Assembly (NCBI RefSeq): GCF_046119375.1
Contig: NW_027362768.1
Location: 57,722,001-57,786,000, forward strand
Reading direction: 5' to 3'
Length of the DNA stretch: 64,000 nt
Source: Phyllobates terribilis
Taxonomy: Eukaryota
Within the stretch, counting starts at the first letter, position 1; each line of letters opens with the position of its first letter. Under the pieces are notes generated by a model. It was not told the DNA's origin and searched no databases. It was given only the letters and a program-made list of their open reading frames with translations. Of this stretch, positions 22,774 to 36,028 are shown one piece after another. The translations under genes were made by a program, and so were the position numbers.

Positions 22774-24576
22774 CTATGAGGAAAACCATAAGAGCTGGTG
22801 AATATTCAGTAAGAACAAGATGATCGCCAGCTGCCTAAATATCATTAAAGTAGCACTCTAGCTTTTCATTTTTACTATCCTGTACCTTCTTCGTGATAGC
22901 CTTGTGCACCGGGCAGGTATTATATACCCACCGATGGCTCTTTTCCATCCAGTTCTGCAGCATGTGGCCACAGCTCTTACTTTCTGGCTTGCCCAGAAAC
23001 TTCTGCACGAACTGGAAGTCACTTTCTCAATGCAACTATGAGAGTCTCTGACAGTCTCAGACATGGGCCGGGGTCACACGAGAGATTCAGGAAGATTATG
23101 TAATGACACAGATCAGAGTCTGAGCCGAGTGCCATCTTTGTGTGATCTGATTCTCTCACATGCAAGAATCCTATCACCGGTGTGGAGAAGATGGAGAACT
23201 TAATTTCTCCATTGTCTGAGTCTGTGGATGTTGGACTGCAGTCAAAGGACATCCAAGTGCAGTCTGATGTTTCACACGCACCCATAGACTTGAATGGGCG
23301 CGAGTGTTCCAAATTCCGGAGCCACTCGGAGCATGGTGCGATTTCTTTTCCCCACAGACCGATTCAGTCTGCAGAAAAAAATTGCAGATCTACACTGCCG
23401 CATAGTATAACATTGGTCGGAGTACTACCTGATAAAATAGAATTAGACTTAATTCAGTTTCTAATAACCCACCATGACAGCACACAGGAGGATGTAACCC
23501 CACCCTAATAGGGACAGGAAATATGAAGAGGTTTAAATAGCCCCTCCCTCATCCTTCCTCCAGTGTTATTACAAAGGACCACAAGAGTATAGATGCTTCA
23601 AATTAATTTTATTTCTACTGATCAAGCTGTCGTAGAAATAATAAGCGAGGGGGAGGGAATTACCCATGCTGTTGTGGTGGGTTATTAGAAACCGAATTAC
23701 CGGTAAGTCTAATTCTATTTTCTCTAATAACCCCCCACGACAGCACACAGGAGGTATACCAAAGATATACTAGGGAGGGACAATAGCCTGAAGGACCTTC
23801 CTTCTGAAGGCTAAATCTCCAACGGACATGAGGTCTAGTCTGCAGTGTTTGGAGAAAGTCTGAATCGAGGTCCACTTAGCAGCTCTGCAAATCTGTTTTA
23901 TGGATGCGCTGGCTTTCTCAGCCCAGGAGACAGATATCGCTCTTGTAGAATGGGCCTTGAGCTTTGCCGGAGGAGGCAGATCTTGGATCTGGTAATCACC
24001 CTCTTAATCCAGTTGGCTATTGTGGATTTTGCTGCCTTTTTTCCTCTGTTTGGACCTTGTGTATGGACAAATAGGTTCTTGTCTTTCCTTCCTTCTTCTG
24101 TTTCATGAAGATAGTGTAGTACTATTCTCCGAACATCCAGAGTGTGGAATTCCATTTCTTTCTTGTCTTTTGGGTTGTCACAAAATGATGGAAGAATTAT
24201 CTACTGAGATCTGTGGAAATTTGAGACCACCTTAGGTAGAAATGAAGGGTCAAGTCGGAAAATTAGACAATCTTCCAGGATTCTCAGGTAGGGTTCGTTG
24301 ACCGAAAGGGCCTGTAGTTCACACACTCTTCTGGCTGTTATTGCAACCAGGAAAGCCGTTTTCCAGGTCAGCCTGTCCAGTCTTATGGCTGATAAGGGCT
24401 CAAAGGGTGGAAGGGTTAACCGCTTCAGAACAATGTTAAGGTCCCAGGGGGGAATCAAGTCTGTTACTTTAGGGTGGATGCGGGTGGCTGCTGTCATAAA
24501 TCTCTTCACTCACTGATGTTCAGCTAGGCTTTGATCAAAGTAGGAGCTTATCGCTGCTACCTAGACCTTAAGTTAA

Positions 24577-25601
24577 CCACTTTACAGCCTGTGCCGTATT
24601 AGTACGCACAGGCTGTAATCCCCCGGTTCAGTGAGGGCTCTGGCACTGAGCCCGCACTGAACCGAGCACAAGTCAGCTGATTATTACAGCTGACATGTGC
24701 CCGCAACAGCCGCGGGTGGAATCGCGATCCACCCGCGGCTGTTAACATGTTAAATGCCGCTGTCAATCTCTGACAGCGGCATTTAACAGCGCCGCGCCGG
24801 AAGCGCGTCACTTACCCCGCCCATCGGTGACCCCGTCACGTGATCGCGGGTCACCGATGGGTGGTCATGACAACCCTGGGTCTGCAGCAGACTCCAGTGG
24901 TTGTCATGAGTTGGTCGCTATGCGGCCCACCTAGTGGTCGGCGCTCATAGCACAGGACCATTTCTGCTACATACAGGTGATCTGCTGATCATCTGTATGT
25001 AGCAGAGGCGATCAGACAAGTGCTGCTTCTAGTCTCCTACGGAGACTATAGAAGCAAGCAGAAAGTGAAAAAAAAAAATGTTTTTTAAAAATTTTTAAAA
25101 AATATAAAAGTTTAAAATCACCCCCCTTTCGCCCCATTCAAAATAAAATAATAAAAAAAAAAAAAACCTACATACACATATTTGGTATCGCCGCGTTCAG
25201 AATCGCCCGATCAACATAAAAAAAAAAATTAATCCGATCAGTAAACGGCGTAACAAGAAAAAAAATTCTAAACGCCAGGAATTTACGCATTTTGGTCGCC
25301 GCAACATTGCAATAAAATGCAATAATGGGCGATGAAAACATCGGCTCTACCCGTAAATGGTATCAATAAAAACTTCAGCTCAGTGAGCAAAAAATAAGCC
25401 CTCACCCAGACCCAGGTCCCGAAAAATGGAGACGCTACAGGTCTTAGAAAATGGCGACATTTTTTCTTTTTTTTAACCAAACTTTGGAATTTTTTTTCAT
25501 TACTTAAATAAAAAAGAACTTATACATGTTTGGTGTCTACGAACTCGTAATGACCTAGAGAATAATAATGGCAGGTCAGTTTTAGCATTCAGTGAACATG
25601 G

Positions 25602-25685
<84 letters not shown>

Positions 25686-25912
25686 CAAACATGTGGTATT
25701 GCACTTTTTTTGAAAATTCACCGCACTTGGAATTTTTTTCCCGTACACAATATGGTAAAACTAGTAATGGTGTTGAAAAGTACAACTCGTCCCGCAAAAA
25801 ATAAGCCCTCACGCGGCCATATTGACGTAAAAATAAAAACGCTATGGCTCTGGGAACAAGGGGAGCAAAAAACGAAAAGGCAAAAACGGAAAATCACAGG
25901 GTTGCGAAGGGG
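24577..25912. mobile_element. piggyBac-like non-autonomous element (1336 bp) in DIRS #2 recombinase; contains (AT)n at 25604-25683
   Basis: TTAA|CCACTT...AAGGGG|TTAA; splits the PSTLKVQ motif of the YR. Confidence 0.87.
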
Positions 25913-28900
25913 TTAAGAGTACTAGGTATGAGACCTTTGTCCAGACCTTCTTGTAGAAAATCTAGAATCTGTGCCACATCGGCCCGATAAGAGTCTGGGT
26001 GAGTGGGTGCACACCACTTTAAGGTTTTCCAGATCTTATGGTAAAATGGTGTTCGTTACAGGTTTCCTACTCTTCTGGAGAGTTTTGATGACTTTCTCTG
26101 AGAGGCCTCTTGTTTTTAATATCAGGAATTCAGAAGCCAGGCAGCTAGGTGTAGTCTCTCAGGATTCGGATGGTGAATTGGTCCCTGGAGAAGGAGATCT
26201 CTGATGGAAGGAAGGATTAGAGGGCTCTCCACACTCAGACTGGTTAACGTCCCGAACCAACTTCTTTTTGGCCAGAGGAGCCACTAGGAATACTCTGGTC
26301 CCTTTGGTCCTTATCTTTTGTAAGGTTTTTGAAAGAATAGGCAGTGGGGGAAAGGCATATGCTAGTTTGAATTCCCATTGGTGAGGGAATGCGTCCACGC
26401 CCAAGCAAGGGCTGTTTGGATTCAGGGGGAAATATTAAGCTACCTTCGCCTTCTGGTGCCCGACGAAGAGATCTACCTCTGGATAGCCCCATCTCTCGAC
26501 TAACATCTGGAAGACGTCTTGGTTTAGGCTCCAATCTCCTGGATGAATCTATGTTCTGCTTAAGAAATCGGCCTGGACGTTGACTGAACCTTTGATATGA
26601 AGAGCCGACAGGGATAGAAGATGTTCATTGGCCCAGGAAAATATTCTCGCAGAGACTGCTTTTAAGCTTTCGTGTCTTGTGCCCCCTTGATGATGAAGGT
26701 GGACTACTGTGGTGATATTGTCTGAAAATATCTGTATGTGGGTTTTCTGGACTAGAGGCTCTGCTGCTCTGAGTACTTCTTCTACGGCCTTTAATTCTCG
26801 GAAATTTGATGAGCGCAGGCTCACCTCTTTGGTCCATATACCCTGGAATAGCTCTTGGGAGACCATGGCTCCCCATCCCTTCCTGCTGGCATCCACTCTT
26901 ATGGTTACTAGAGGATTCTGGATTCATGGTACTCCTCTGTTCAGATTCTTCACGCTCAGCCACCAGAAGAGAGGTTTTTACCCATGGTGATATAGGAATT
27001 CTCCTGTTCAAAGACCGTGGAGATCTGTCCCAATTTGTAAGGATGTGGGTCTGAAATGTTCGGGTACGTGCCTGAGCCCAGGCCACCATCTGGATACAGG
27101 ATGTCATAGACCCGAGTATAGACGTGGCATCTCTCAATGATACTGATGATCTGCTTCTTAGGACATTGATCTTCGCTTTTAGTATGACCTGTTTTCGTTT
27201 AGGCAGAAATGACATCTGGCTGTGGGAATCCAATCGTACTCCTAGAAAAGTTTTTGTCATGGAGGGAACCATATCCGATTTTTTGTGGTTCAGTAACCAG
27301 CCCAGAGAAGATAGGATCTGAGTGGTCATCTGTATATGTTCCTGGAGTAATGGTACTGAGGACCCGATTAATAACAGGTCGTCGAGGTATGGTACTATTG
27401 AAATAGTCTGACCCCTGATATAAGCTATGACTTCTGCCATGACCTTTGTAAATATTTGCGGGGTTGATGATATCCCGAATGGGAGAACATTGAACTGGTA
27501 GTGGACCATTTGTTCCCACTGAACCACTGCGATTCTTAAGAACCTCCTGTAAAGTGGATGTATGGAGATGTGGTAATATGCATCCTGGAGATCGATTGTG
27601 GCCATGACATGGTCCTGTCCTATCAGCGGGACCGTCGATCTGATGGATTCCAGGGATATCACCCCTGAGGACAATAGGTCTGTTAGACCGGATATCAGGG
27701 TGGCCTGCCGACTTTGAGAAGAGAGCTGCGTTAACTTTATTCTCTGTGGAGGATAGGAGAGATTTATTTTTACTCCAAACTCGACTACCCTCAGGACCCA
27801 TGGGGTCTGAGCAGATTTCTTTCCACTGGAGGAAGAAAATTCGAGATGCGGCCCCCCGACTGTCCTGACATCATGGTTTGTTCTGATGCTGATTTCGGGA
27901 AAGAAAAAGATTCTTGCCTCCTCTTCCTTTTGGGTAGCTCCATCGTCCTGTTTTTCCCTTTACCCCTATATTGGGGGTCTGCTCCTGGGAGGGACGAAAA
28001 GGCCTTTTACTTACATTTCTAGGTTCCGGGAGGGCTGCCTTATTGTCTGAGGCTTTCTCGAGAAGATCATCTAGGGCTGGCCCGAACATGTATTTCCCTT
28101 TAAAGGGGATGGAACACAACTTCATTTTTGATGCCACATCACCGCTCCAGGATTTCAACCATAGGGCCCTTCTCACGGAGTTTGATAACCCAGATAATCT
28201 TGCCGCCACTCTCACTGATTCTGCAGAAGCATCTGCTAAAAACCCCGTAGCTTTCTGTTGAAGCGGTAGGGATGCTAAGATGTCTTCTCTGGGGGTGCCC
28301 GAGACTAGGTGTTCCTCCAGTTGATCGAGCCATTGATCAAGCTACGCCCATAGAGACTGCGTTGGTGTTTAGTAGTGCTGCCGAGGTCTCCCAGAACTTT
28401 CATAGTCCCTCCATTTTGCGTTCCAAGGGGTCCTTTAGTTGAGAGGAATCTTCCAAGGGCAATGTGGTCTTCTTTGCCACTTGTGCAATCTGGATATCCA
28501 CTCTTGGGACTTCAGACCAGCATTCTGCAGTCTTGTTGTCTACAGGAAATCTATCCTTTAACTCCGTAGGGGTATTCAACCTCATTCCGGAGATTCCCAT
28601 TCCTCTAGGACTAAGTCCCTAATACTCTGGTGTATAGGGAACACTAATTTCTTCCTGGAACGCAGCCCCCCAAACATCTGATCCTGTACTGTCTGGGGAA
28701 CCTTTTCTTCCTCGACCTCCATAGTTCTCCTTACTGCCATGAGGAGTTCCTCCAAGCTATCTGATGGAAAGTAATATCTTTCGGGCTGGAAGTTATCAGG
28801 AGTTGGACTCAGTTCACCTTCCTCTGGAAGATTTTCCAAAATATATATCTCATCTTGAGAGTCTTCCTCCCCTCCCTCTGGCAGGCTGATCTTCCTCTTT

Positions 28901-29146
28901 TTGGCTGCTGAGGGAGTAGATGTAGTATCCTGACTAGGTGAGGGCGTAGGGAGAGCGACTGAGGCTAAGGAGGATTTGATCTCTTGACGTACAATTCCCA
29001 TTTATTTCTTCCATTAAGGAAGATTGTTTCTGCCTGATAACTTTCTCCGTACAGTCCTTGCATAGGGGCGTTCTATGGGAGGACGATAGCTTTTCTGTAC
29101 AGATGGGACATCTGCGTGACGGTTTAGCTTAGTCTCCAGATGCAGG

Positions 29147-30147
29147 TGTGGCACCCCAGGGGTCTGGTTTCCACAGTAACGGCAATGTTATGTCTGAGAG
29201 CAGGTGGGAGGTCTCTTGGTCAGGGATCCTGTGCATGCCACACCTCCTGCCCAGTCCTGGGAGGGGAAGAACTTCCCCTATATAAACCTAGGGCTGAGGC
29301 AGGGTTAGTGAGTAGAGAAGAAGTAGAGACAGAGAAGAGAAGCAGATATAGGAAAGAACATCAGGAGCTCTGTGGGAGCAGTACTACAAGGAGTCAGGGG
29401 CTGGCAGCTGCAGAGCTCGCCCTGACTGAGAAGTTATCTCCGGACCCGGAGTCCGAGGCTGTGGGGACTAACTCCTATCCAGCAGCAGAAACCGACCGGC
29501 AGGGGATTGCAGGTCCTCTGGCCCAGAAACCCGAAGGCACGGTCACACGCGTGGGACCAGCACCGCCGTCGTGGAGCGGAAGCTACTAGAAGGCCCCGAG
29601 TCACCGGCCATACGGGTGAGCACCACACGGTACACTCAGGGACGTGGGCTACTTATACCCGCTTCTAGCAAGGTAGCCAGAAGAGTATCGTTAGTTTGGG
29701 AGGCCTACAACTCCGCCTGGCCAGGGGAGATCCCATCTGCTCAAGGACTGACCAGGCCCCAACCGCTAGCCAGTACTCCGGGAGGGTCTATCTTTGTCAC
29801 CAGTAAAGACCCTGAACTACACCGCATCGTCTCTGAGTGGTTCCTGCTACCCCCATCATCCACGTCGGCTGCCCTGAGGCCATACCCCTCCCGTTGGGGG
29901 TTATACCATCCACGCTGCACCATCCTTCCACCGGCCTCAGCGGTCTGCCCTGCAGCGGCAGCTCCATAGCTGCATTCAACGGGTGGCGTAGTCGTCCATC
30001 ATCTACCGCTGATACAGCGCCACTTAGTCTGACTCCCTGGGCACGGACCGGATCACCGCCACGAGACTACAACCCTCAAGAGATCCGGCTCCGGGTAAGC
30101 TCCCGCGTGCGCAACGCAGCGCGACACAGGCCCAGGGGCGCGTCACA
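29147..30147 (+). mobile_element. Solo LTR (~1.0 kb) inserted in DIRS #2 gag 5' region
   Basis: TGTGGCAC...GCGTCACA termini, TATAAA box near 29280. Flanks rejoin as AGATGCAGGTTCC. TSD is CAGG if the end is placed at 30145, so the right boundary is ambiguous by 2 nt. Confidence 0.78.
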
Positions 30148-31647
30148 GGTTCCTTGTCTCCCTACAAGAGAGGGGAGAAGGGAAAGGGAGCTATAATCAG
30201 TATTACCTGCATCTGGGAGATGGACTACCAGTGCCATACTTACTGGGACCGGACCTAGGCTCTACAGGTGCAGAGAGAGAAGATGCTTCAACAGACATGG
30301 TTTTGTCCTACCTGCAGATGTCTTCCTGTCCAGGGCTCCTTTATGGGCGACAGGACCAGCGCCTTCCTCTGATAAGAGGGCTTCTACCTTGGGGTCTAGG
30401 TGAAGACAGGTGTGATCACCGGCGGCTATCACCGTTCTTTCCCCCCCCTTCGTCTGCTGCGCTCTATGTGAAATGCATAACGGCCGGGAGTGACGTCATC
30501 ATCCACCGCCCGACGTCACTTCTGGCGCCGCGGCGTGCGCTCCACATCCTGGATATCAGCATCGCCCGCGCATCCAGCAGGGAAGGGGGGGAGGAGGAGG
30601 AGATGGGCCAGAGAGCTCAAAGAGGCCTCTGGCCAGAAGATCCTGCAGACCTTGCCCGAGAGTGAGGACTGGAGGAGGGAGTCCCGAATCCGGAGGAGAA
30701 GGGAGCAGCGCATGTGAGGAGGAGAGGTAAACCGCTCGATCCTCCGCTGCCCGGCTTGTAGTTTTCTCCCCAGTGCCTGTCGCCAGCCCAGCACACCAGG
30801 GAATGACCTCTTCATCCCTGATAGGGACAGGAAATAACACTGGAGGGAGGATGTGGGAGGGGCTATTTAAACCTCTTCATATTTCCTGTCCCTATTAGGG
30901 CGGGGTTACATCCTCCTGTGTGCTGTCATGGGGGGTTATTAAAGAAAACACTGCATAGCACTCGGCCGTGCTATATGCTCATCTGAGCGAGCCCTCACAC
31001 TGATAAAGTGACTTCAGTTATCAAAGACCACGCTGAGCCAGCCAGCCAGCCGGTCACTATTGTTATCATGGTGTGCAGGAGATTGGAACTGGGCTGAGAA
31101 AAGGAGAAAGCAACAATCGAAAAATATTTTAAAGTGAATGTCATCAAGTTTTTGCCACCTCATCTGAGAGCATGATGTACGCGAGAAGAAACCGACACGT
31201 GAATGAGCACCATCTCTGGAGATAGGCAGCTGCTGGAGAGTGTGCTGATAGGTGCAACACTCAGGAGAACAAAGGTACTGACTCACTGCCATCATCTGTA
31301 CTCCAAACAAGTAACTTCTGCTAAGAATATAACAAATTATAAAAAAAAATTGAAGGTTTAGTTACTCCTTAGCCAGTAATATAAGGGGTGATGCCCCAGG
31401 AGCGTATGTTCACTAGCTGCCTGGCTCCTGCAGACGTGGGGGACACAGCAGTATTCAACTTTCAGCTGACGTCTATGGGCCGATTAGCACTCTGCATGAT
31501 GATATGTTAAGTATGTTGTAAGGTCAGGACCTCTAGGAGAGCACTAATGTACTCCGGCACAACACAGTACCCATAGTACAGGATGAAACATACAGGACCT
31601 CTATGAGAGCACTAATGTACCCTCCAATACAAGATATAACACTAAAG

Positions 31648-32665
31648 CTGTGTTTCCCCAAACTCCAGTCCTCATGGCCCCCCACAGGTCATGTTTTCAG
31701 GATCTCTAACTTAGTGTTAGGCTGTGTGCCCACGTAGCGTTTTTCAAGCGTTTATGCTGCGGAATTTCCGCAGCGGAAACGCTTGTGAACCGCTAGGTAA
31801 TCCGCACCCCATGGTCCCCAAGGGGATTCCGCATGTTCTATGCACATGCTGCGGATTTTTCCGCAGCGTTTATGCTTCGTACAAAAATCCGCAGCATGTC
31901 ATTTAATTTTGCGGAAGCGCAGCGGAACTCCAGCCATTGACTTGCATTGAGACGCACAGAAACCGCGACTGTACATTTTTACAAGCGGCTTCTATGCGTC
32001 TCTATGTGCGGATGGTACCCAGTTCTGGAGGAGAGGAGACTCTCATCCAGATCTGGGTACCATTGTACCTGTAAAAAAAGAATAAAATAACAAATAAAGT
32101 TTATATTCACCTGTCCGCCGTCTTCTCTCTGAATGCCAGCAGCGCTGAAGTACCTTCGGTGACGTCACAGTCATGTGACCGCAGGCCCTTCACCGCTCTG
32201 TCTCGCGATATGCCGGCAGCCGGGAACCAGACAGGAAGCAGCGCTGCAGCCACGCCGGGGCCTCGGGGGTGAGTATAGCTTTATTTGTTTTAATTTTTAC
32301 GGTTCACACTGTATAAATCCATGCTGTTTGCATGGATTTATAGTGTGACCTAGTTGTCAAGCACTTTCCAAGTGATGCTATCGCCTGGAAAGTGCTTGTC
32401 AATCTGCATGCGGAAACGCATGTGAACCCGCATGTGGATCCGCAAGTATTCTGCTGGAAAAACGCATGCACAATCTGCATGCGTTTTTTTCTGCCAGGGA
32501 GATGCAGAAATGCTGCAGAAATTTTCTGCATCGTGGGCACATAGCCTTACACAGGTGATGGAAGTATCATCGAGGCATCAGGAATTCTCTCACCTGTGCA
32601 ACACTAAGGAGATCCTGAAAACATGACCTGTGGGGTCTGTGAGGACTGGAGTTTGGGAAACACTG
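31648..32665. mobile_element. hAT MITE hosting a T2-like MITE
   Basis: TIR C(T/A)GTGTTTCCCAAACTCCAGTCCTC; perfect 8-bp TSD CACTAAAG (31640-47, 32666-73). Confidence 0.9.
31719..32547. mobile_element. T2-like MITE (~830 bp); inverted sister copy at ~47616-48484
   Basis: AGGCTGTGTGCCCACG...CGTGGGCACATAGCCT ends; 32300-32540 is the reverse complement of 47630-47870. Confidence 0.85.
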
Positions 32666-33046
32666 CACTAAAGGAACCATACAGGACCTCTGAGAGCACT
32701 AATGTTCCACCAGCACAATGCAGGACATATAGTGCTGGAAGAAACATACAGGACCTGAGAACGTTAATGTTCCACGAGCTCACTACATATAGTGCTGTAA
32801 GAAACATACAGGACCTGAGAGCATTAATGTACAACCAGCACAACCCAGAACATATAGTGCTGGAGATCACATCTCCACCATAATGATGGGGCGTTATTCT
32901 GTAGTTATGAAATAGGACGGGGTCTCCGCAGATGACGAGGACAGGACTCCCCCATAGGGACTACATGGCGTCCTGGAGAGCGAGGAGCGCGCAGCCTCAG
33001 CCCACCCGACACCCTGCTCCCTTGCAGCGCCAGCCAGATCCCATAC

Positions 33047-33197
33047 CACAGTCCACGAGGAACTTCTCATGCCGGGACTTCAGCTGCTCCATGTCACTCT
33101 GCTGCTCCGCTAAGTACCGCTCCAGTTTGCCCTGCACGGCTTTGGGCAGCTTGGCCAGCTCGGCCTTCTCCAGCACTTGCTGAAGAACCGCCGCCAT
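33047..33197 (-). CDS. TPR: Nucleoprotein TPR, coding exon 1 (151 nt)
   Basis: Translates [50 protein letters not shown], recognisably the TPR N-terminus (human [29 protein letters not shown]...). Donor G|GTATGG at 33046, phase 1. Confidence 0.96.
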
Positions 33198-33580
33198 CTT
33201 GTCGGACGCAGTCTCTGGGTCACACAAGCAGGATAACAAGGCTTACAAATGCCGCCTACCCGAGCCCCGGGGGCTGCTGGGAAACTATACTTTTTCGAAA
33301 AGCTCGCCAATTGGGCGACAGCGTGACGTAAAATAACAGCGACTTCCGGTGCAGCGCAAAGTAGTCTGGTAAGTGTAGTGCATGGTCCCAAGCAGAGAAC
33401 TTCCTTGGTCAATGGCGACGTGACGGCCATGTTTCTGTAGACCGGCCTGTATTACAGCGGACGGAAGCTTGTACAGAAGAACAGCCCCGCACCGCGTAGG
33501 TCACGTGGCGTGGAGTCTGGAGAGTGATTGGCTGCCGGCCTGCAGAAGTCCTCTCAGCTCAGGGAAGGTATTAGGTAAGG
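33185..33580. promoter_or_regulatory. TPR/ODR4 bidirectional GC-rich promoter and probable non-coding ODR4 exon 1
   Basis: CpG-rich. YY1-type AAGATGGCGGC overlaps the TPR ATG (33190-33200, minus). Also CCAAT-like (33307), CRE-like TGACGTA (33324), ETS ACTTCCGG (33342), E-box GTCACGTG (33500) and reverse CCAAT (~33527). Candidate donors at 33568 and 33575. The head-to-head TPR-ODR4 arrangement is also known from human. Confidence 0.8.
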
Positions 33581-34499
33581 GGTCGTGTGATTCTGAGTGA
33601 GGTGTGCGCTGTAATGCTTAGCCCCCGGGTATGTGCTCCACATTACCCCGTTGTGGTCGGTGCTGCTCAGAGCCAGTGAGGGGCATGGAGGGACGCATGT
33701 TATCTGCTAGCCCCCTGCCCCAGAGCCGGGGCCACACTCTGCACCATATGGTCATGCCCACCATGCCTGCCTTAGCTGGGGCCATGCTGCACTACTGCAC
33801 AGTATTGGGGTTTACTGAGCAGTGAAGTGTCATTCCCATCACCCTAAATGGCGCTGTCGGATCCTGAATACAAGCAATTTACTGTTTATTAATGTTTTCA
33901 GCCAGTCTTGAGGTATTATTAATACTTTTTTTTTTGTTTACAGCTTGTTGCTTTGGAGACCGACCACTGCTCTTAGCTGAAGATGTGCAGTGCTTACAAC
34001 CTCTTTTCTGTTGAGCTTGTAAGCTCTGATCTGAAGCTTTCCAGGATCACTGGTGCACGGTTTCCTCCTAATCCCGGCCGGCTAAAGTACAGCACTTACA
34101 AGCTGAACAGCAGTGATGATCCGTCTCCTAAGCAATAAACCAAAGAAAAGCGTTAAAGGGATAAGCTCTTAAATTTGCTTTGGTTAGTTAGATTATATGA
34201 AAATAAGCAACTTTTCAACTGACTTGCTTTTTGTATCTGCTGCTATTCTGCAATGAGCTCAGCCTCCAGTGCCTGCCCAAGAGTGTGCAGTAGTTTCATT
34301 CCTAGAGAGAAATGAACTCCCAACATACCAGCCACCTCTCTCCAGCCCATTGACTTCTATACAGCAGTTAGCTGATCGGCTACCTCCCTCTCACCGCTTG
34401 ACAAGCTGCTGTTATAAATCTTGCAAAATCACCAGCAGGCAATATTTGGCTTCTCTTAGAGTAGTTCTTAGTTCTATTCTATTACTCTCAACCAAAGGT

Positions 34500-35350
34500 T
34501 GTCTGGCACTGTCCTAAAGTACAATGCAGTCAGTGATAGTCATCTTGATAAGACTACAAGGAGCACCAGTTCATGTTAGTTATACAAGTCTATTCAACAG
34601 CAGAAGCCGAGGAGAAGGACTTCTAGCTATTATACGATCAAGTTCAAGATGAAGTCCACAAACACCCAAGCAAACCTTAATCATTATCATGGGAGACTTG
34701 AATGCCAAAGTGGGCCATGGCAAACATGCACTAGTTGTTGGAAACTTTGGACTTAGTGAGCGAAATGAAGCTGGAGGAAGTTTCATTGAATTTTGTTCAG
34801 CAGATCAACTTTACATCATGAACACCTTCCAAAATCGTAAACAAAGACTATACACATGGACATCACTGAATGGAGCCTATAAAAATCAGATTGACAATGT
34901 ATGTGTTCGCCAAAGATGGAGGTCGTCGATCATTACCACGAAAACAAGGCCAGGAGCTGACTGTGGAACTGATAATTAACTTTTGACCGCAAAGATTAGA
35001 GGCAAGTAGAGCAAACGGGCTAAACAACAAGTAGTTTCCAACTTCAATTTGACCAACATACCTGAACTTTTTTGGAACGGTCTGCCCAACTGATTTATAT
35101 CACTGGACTCAGACGAAAGAAAGCCTGTGGAATTATGGACACGTATAAAGACTATTATTACTAAAAAGGACAATAAACAAGAGGCAGAAGAGACCTCTGC
35201 AGTCATTGTTAACAGAAGAGAACAAAAAGATCATCAAAGAAAGACAAATAGTATAAGCAAACGCTAACAAGCCAGACGCAGACAACATAAGTAAAAGACT
35301 AAAGAGAGCCATTCGAGCAGACTAAGAGCTTTTATTACCAAAGAATATGT
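34500..35350 (+). mobile_element. RTE-clade LINE fragment (AP endonuclease)
   Basis: IIMGDLNAKVG...GNFGLSERNEAG...IMNTFQ...YTWTS...NQID...RPGADCGTD; multiple stops. Confidence 0.85.
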
Positions 35351-36028
35351 ACAGAGTTAGGCTATGTGCACACGGTGCATTTTTTTTTTTTTTTTTTTAT
35401 GCGGCAATTGCGCGCTGAATTGGCCTTATACGCATTACAATCCTTATCCCATGATTTCCTATGAGACTTAGGCAGATCTGTGCATATGATCAGGATTTTT
35501 CCTGACTGAATTTTAGGTACTGAAAAAGCAGCATGTCCATTCTTTTTGCCCAGAAATAGAGATCATATCTCATTAGACTGCCATTCACTGGTATACACCA
35601 CCATCATTACATGAAGTATAAAATGGGAAGGGAAAATGTGAATGGAAAATAAAATGTAGTGTTTATTGAAAATTGCTCTTAAAATGAATAAATTTGTGCA
35701 AAATGTGCATTAATAAATGCATACACGGTCACCGTCTATTAAATAGTGACCCACGAAACCCAGTCCGTAGTAAGGTGGAAAGAAGTATTAGTGGGAATGC
35801 CTAACCCAGTCCCTTATTTATTGGGTTATGGCTGTATATTATACACATAAATTAGCCCAACGAGAATTCATTGCTAGTTTTCTATTAAACAATGGACATA
35901 GCTCATGTTTATATGAGCAAGCTATGTTCCACACCTGATATCCAATCCGTATAGTCTGACACTGCCTGTTGTGAAGCTCATATATGAATCATACTCATAT
36001 ATATATATATATATATATATAATATAAT

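Larger units (their letters stand above)
23434..30948 (-). mobile_element. DIRS1-type retrotransposon #2, full-length ends, in TPR intron 1
   Basis: ~140-bp inverted terminal repeats (23460-23600 / 30830-30948). ICR at ~23670-23750 joins complements of both termini; TTTT ends, no TSD. gag 27871-29100, RT 26625-27674 (YLDD), RNase H DASRKGWG, MT YAFPP, YR 23800-24570 and 25917-26150. Confidence 0.96.
31520..32875. repeat. ~60-65 bp minisatellite (ATACAGGACCT..GAGCACTAATGT..) interrupted by the hAT MITE
   Basis: About five degenerate units visible at 31520-31640 and 32674-32875. Confidence 0.7.

Noticed and set aside
25500-25812. ORFs with YIYIYI runs
   Set aside because: Translations of an (AT)n microsatellite inside a non-autonomous element.
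29140-30840. Several 100-150 aa GC-rich ORFs
   Set aside because: Chance ORFs in a GC-rich LTR and the DIRS 5' region; no domain motifs or splice support.
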